Positions 61,048 to 64,000 of a stretch of DNA of 64,000 nt are shown here, one piece after another (the first letter of the stretch is position 1; each line of letters starts with the position of its first letter). This DNA is from Promethearchaeota archaeon (GTDB taxonomy: Archaea; Asgardarchaeota; Lokiarchaeia; Sigyniarchaeales; SOKP01): contig JBHLME010000003.1 in assembly GCA_048938445.1 (NCBI GenBank), forward strand, positions 1 through 64,000, in the 5' to 3' direction. A program made the translations under genes and the position numbers. The notes under the pieces are model-generated. The model was not told where the DNA came from. It did not search any database and saw nothing but the letters and a program-made list of their open reading frames with translations.

Positions 61048-62053
61048 GAAAAATATCCAAAGATTAGCAATTATTTTTATGTTATTTAGTTTGATTGTCT
61101 TTATTTCCTGTTTTAACAAACAAGATATAACTCCAGAGGGTAAAACCACTGAAATACCACAGATTCAAGAACCCAAGACGAGTGATGTAATTCTCATTGA
61201 TAAGGTCTATAACTTCACCACGTGGCGTCCCTGGAAGATGCTTGAAGACATTTCCTTCACGGCAGAATACAACCATTATGTGTATTTTCAAATAGTAACA
61301 CCCTATGTATGCGCCATCACAGTGACCATCTTCGATCCCGAGGGCAGTGTCTATGATGTGTATTATCGTGGTGAATTCAGCCAAGAATCGGGAATGCTTT
61401 CTTTTCCTTTCGGAGCCGCGATTACGGGACCACACGACATCTTGTTCGAATTAGAACTTGAATACAACTTGAACATATATATCAAGATAGAGCAAGCAGC
61501 TAAATGCTTATATGACGTGCTTTCGCAAAGGGAAATTCAAAATCTCAAGCAATATGGCGTTGCCAAGTTTGAAAATTATCCCCCTCTCCTGAAAAACGTG
61601 ATAATCGAGTCTGACGTGGCTTACACGCTTTATTTTACACGAGTCACCCCGATTACCGTGAAACTACCAAACAACGTGCGATATAATTATTCATTGAAAG
61701 ATACCGACCAAGACATCCTCTTTGAAATAAATTGGCAAGATGATCCCCTTGCACCCATAGGAAGCGTGACAGAATATTCGTTCGGAACAGCACACGGAGG
61801 ACCTTATGTTACCAACTTGACCATTGATTATGTATTCAATCCCGTGAACATCGCATTCGCAATCGTGTATGACCACAAGATTAGCGGAGAGATTGATGGG
61901 AATGCCACGGACCCGGGAGGAACTGAAGGATCCAACCTAAACTTTTCAATACCCGTGGAACTTGCAACGGGAACGATAATTGGAATTGGAGCATTAACTT
62001 TCATTGCTTTAGGTGTAGTCATTAGTAAACGCAGGGAGTTAAATTCTCCTTAA
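61043..62053 (+). CDS. secreted protein with C-terminal membrane anchor
   Basis: N-terminal hydrophobic segment, two related beta blocks (FPFGAAITGPH / YSFGTAHGGPY), C-terminal TM + KRR; start at ATT 61043 (after GAGGTG) or ATG 61079. Confidence 0.8.
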   Translation: MKKNIQRLAIIFMLFSLIVFISCFNKQDITPEGKTTEIPQIQEPKTSDVILIDKVYNFTTWRPWKMLEDISFTAEYNHYVYFQIVTPYVCAITVTIFDPEGSVYDVYYRGEFSQESGMLSFPFGAAITGPHDILFELELEYNLNIYIKIEQAAKCLYDVLSQREIQNLKQYGVAKFENYPPLLKNVIIESDVAYTLYFTRVTPITVKLPNNVRYNYSLKDTDQDILFEINWQDDPLAPIGSVTEYSFGTAHGGPYVTNLTIDYVFNPVNIAFAIVYDHKISGEIDGNATDPGGTEGSNLNFSIPVELATGTIIGIGALTFIALGVVISKRRELNSP

Positions 62054-62168
62054 TTTTTTTTTTAAAAAACAGTATTTATTTTAAAAACTCTATAATAAAT
62101 TGAAAAATATTATTCAAATCACTATCTTGATTATAGATTCTAATATTTACTTGTTAGTATTAATATTT

Positions 62169-62390
62169 TTAATAATATAATAAATATGAAAATTTCAAGA
62201 GGTCAAACTTCTCAATCATGCACTCATTATATGAAAACATCTTTCCTAAAGAAGCAATGGGTGTCTTTAAAACATATTTACAATCTGGAAAATAGATATT
62301 TGTATAAAAAATCTTATTTTTCTTGTCATAATCTACATGCATCATTATTTCGCTTTTCTCTGAATCTTCTTCAATAATATCAGTAAACAT
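62169..62390 (-). CDS. small hypothetical protein
   Basis: 73 aa, preceded by an AGGGGGA SD-like element. Confidence 0.45.
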   Translation of the reverse strand: MFTDIIEEDSEKSEIMMHVDYDKKNKIFYTNIYFPDCKYVLKTPIASLGKMFSYNECMIEKFDLLKFSYLLYY

Positions 62391-62834
62391 CGTTAATAAT
62401 CCCCTTTTTTCTCCAATTATTTTTTTATGTCTATTTCTAATATTGTTAGACTAAAACGTATTTTTAAACGTGGTTAATTACTTTTATTGCTAAAATTGAT
62501 TTTAATTTAACAGGAAAGTTCTCAATTATATAAAAAAAGAGAATATTTAATTTAAATCTCAGATTGGATTATACACTTTTTTATTATACTTTATAGATAT
62601 TATAGTTTGGGAAAAATTATCTTTCTCAATAATTAAATGAATAATAAAAAGTATACTTTTTTGTATAAAAGGTGAGTGATTATTAAAAAAAATTCTTTCT
62701 TTTTCCTTTTTTATTATCATTCTTCAGAAAAAATATCAAAGGTAGATTGTAAAATTTCATTCCTAATAGTTTTAAATATGACCTTGCATACTCGTTTTTA
62801 AATACAATAATTTTGAAATAAGAGGTGTGAAATC

Positions 62835-64000
62835 ATAAAAAATAATTTAAAAAAGCGAGTTTTGATCATTTTTGGAGTGGTATTCGTCCTGTTTAGTTTC
62901 CCTTTCCTCAGCAGCAATTTTAATTATAAGATTGTTAGCATCGATTTTAATAAAGAAGTGAATACATCTTCAACTCCTTCAGTTGATTGGTATTATACAT
63001 GGGGGGGAAGTGGAGATGATGAGGGGGAAGGAATAACCGTGGACTCGTCTGATAATATTTATATTGTAGGATCCACGGAGAGTTTTGGAGCTAGTAATAA
63101 AGATATTTGCTTCATGAAATTCAATCCAATAGGAAGCGTGGTGTGGAATTACACGTGGGGAGAACTTCATTCTGATAGAGGGTTTGATATAGCTGTAGAT
63201 GATTCTGGCGATTTATATATTGCTGGAAAAACCTATAATTTTGGAGCAGGATATGGAGATATGTGCCTCGTAAAATTCAACTCTACTGGTGGCTTTGAGT
63301 GGTATCATACTTGGGGGGGAGGTGATGGTGATGGAGGATATGGAATAGCCTTGGATGCGGCGGGTAACGCCTATGTGTGTGGATCAACCCATAGTTTTGG
63401 AGCATATAATGGAGATATTTGCCTCGTGAAATTCAATTCTACAGGCGTCGAATGGAATTACACGTGGGGTGGAGCGGGAATGGATATAGGGTATGGAGTT
63501 GCCTTGGATGCTGCTGGAAACGCATATGTAGTCGGAGAAACGGATAGTTTTGGTGCTGGTTATACAGACGTGTGCCTGATCAAGTTCAACTCCACGGGAG
63601 TGGTATGGAATTACACGTGGGGTGGTGGATATTATGATTGGGGATATGGAGTGGATGTGGATGTGGCAGGAAATGCTTATGTTACTGGAAGGACTTATAC
63701 AGATAGCGTTGGTGGCACTGACGTGTGCTTGATCAAGTTTAATGATGCAGGGGTGGTTGATTATTACACATGGGGGGGAAGCGAATGGGAAGGAGGATAT
63801 GATATAGTTCTGGATGCGGAAGACAACGCATATATTGTGGGAGATACTAATAGTTTCGGAGCTAAATTTTATGATATCATCTTGGTGAAGTTCAACCCAA
63901 TGGGAACGGTTGAATGGTATTATATGTGGGGTGGAGACGGATGGGATACGGGGTATGGTGTAGCTTTGGATTCGATGGGAAACCCCTATGTTGTGGGATA
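62835..64000 (+). CDS. secreted SBBP-type beta-propeller protein (runs off the window; absent from the ORF track)
   Basis: Open frame after stop 62814: IKNNLKKRVLIIFGVVFVLFSF signal, then repeats W.YTWGG...D.G.GIA.D..GN.Y..G.T.SFGA...D.CL.KFN..G. Confidence 0.9.
   Translation, partial: MKNNLKKRVLIIFGVVFVLFSFPFLSSNFNYKIVSIDFNKEVNTSSTPSVDWYYTWGGSGDDEGEGITVDSSDNIYIVGSTESFGASNKDICFMKFNPIGSVVWNYTWGELHSDRGFDIAVDDSGDLYIAGKTYNFGAGYGDMCLVKFNSTGGFEWYHTWGGGDGDGGYGIALDAAGNAYVCGSTHSFGAYNGDICLVKFNSTGVEWNYTWGGAGMDIGYGVALDAAGNAYVVGETDSFGAGYTDVCLIKFNSTGVVWNYTWGGGYYDWGYGVDVDVAGNAYVTGRTYTDSVGGTDVCLIKFNDAGVVDYYTWGGSEWEGGYDIVLDAEDNAYIVGDTNSFGAKFYDIILVKFNPMGTVEWYYMWGGDGWDTGYGVALDSMGNPYVVG
62988..64000 (+). repeat. 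at least 7 tandem coding repeats of 153-156 nt (propeller blades)
   Basis: Repeat starts near 62988, 63144, 63300, 63453, 63606, 63759, 63915; TGGAATTACACGTGGGG identical at 63144, 63453, 63606. Confidence 0.9.

Noticed and set aside
3554-63170. Short ORF-track entries antisense to or nested in long genes (e.g. 3554-3889, 7099-7428, 14393-14686, 15721-16038, 45630-45965, 47039-47440, 61082-61435, 62979-63170)
   Set aside because: Shadows of well-supported genes on the opposite strand or in another frame; no motifs or SD support
62988-64000. Regularly spaced repeats as a CRISPR array
   Set aside because: The period is 153-156 nt, in frame, encodes propeller blades, and there are no cas genes

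Overview
AT-rich, gene-dense archaeal chromosomal window. It is very probably from an Asgard archaeon of the Lokiarchaeia/Promethearchaeota type, inferred from a gelsolin+domain X protein, longin/roadblock proteins, four small GTPases, an archaeal RPA, SmsCB, AfpA, two PAC2 chaperones and BRE/TATA promoters. It holds about 60 CDS, one tRNA-Ala(GGC), and no rRNA, CRISPR, integrase or transposase. Housekeeping genes (rpiA, purE, dut, gatC, thiolase, FadH-like, ADP-forming acyl-CoA ligase) are interleaved with eukaryote-like signalling modules. Best leads: (1) a membrane subtilase with a GIFT domain, i.e. eukaryotic Site-1-protease (MBTPS1)-like architecture; (2) a type-I membrane protein with a cytoplasmic longin domain, a free longin and a Rag/Arf-like GTPase in one cluster; (3) an orphan CheB apparently co-transcribed with a gelsolin; (4) a translationally coupled pair of coiled-coil+winged-helix proteins; (5) a Nal1-like protease followed by a stand-alone copy of its own N-terminal domain; (6) an MglB-MglA-unknown operon beside RPA, TFB-like and Whirly-like genes; (7) three genes that appear to start at ATT/ATA codons. 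All family calls come from motifs read by eye; no searches were run.
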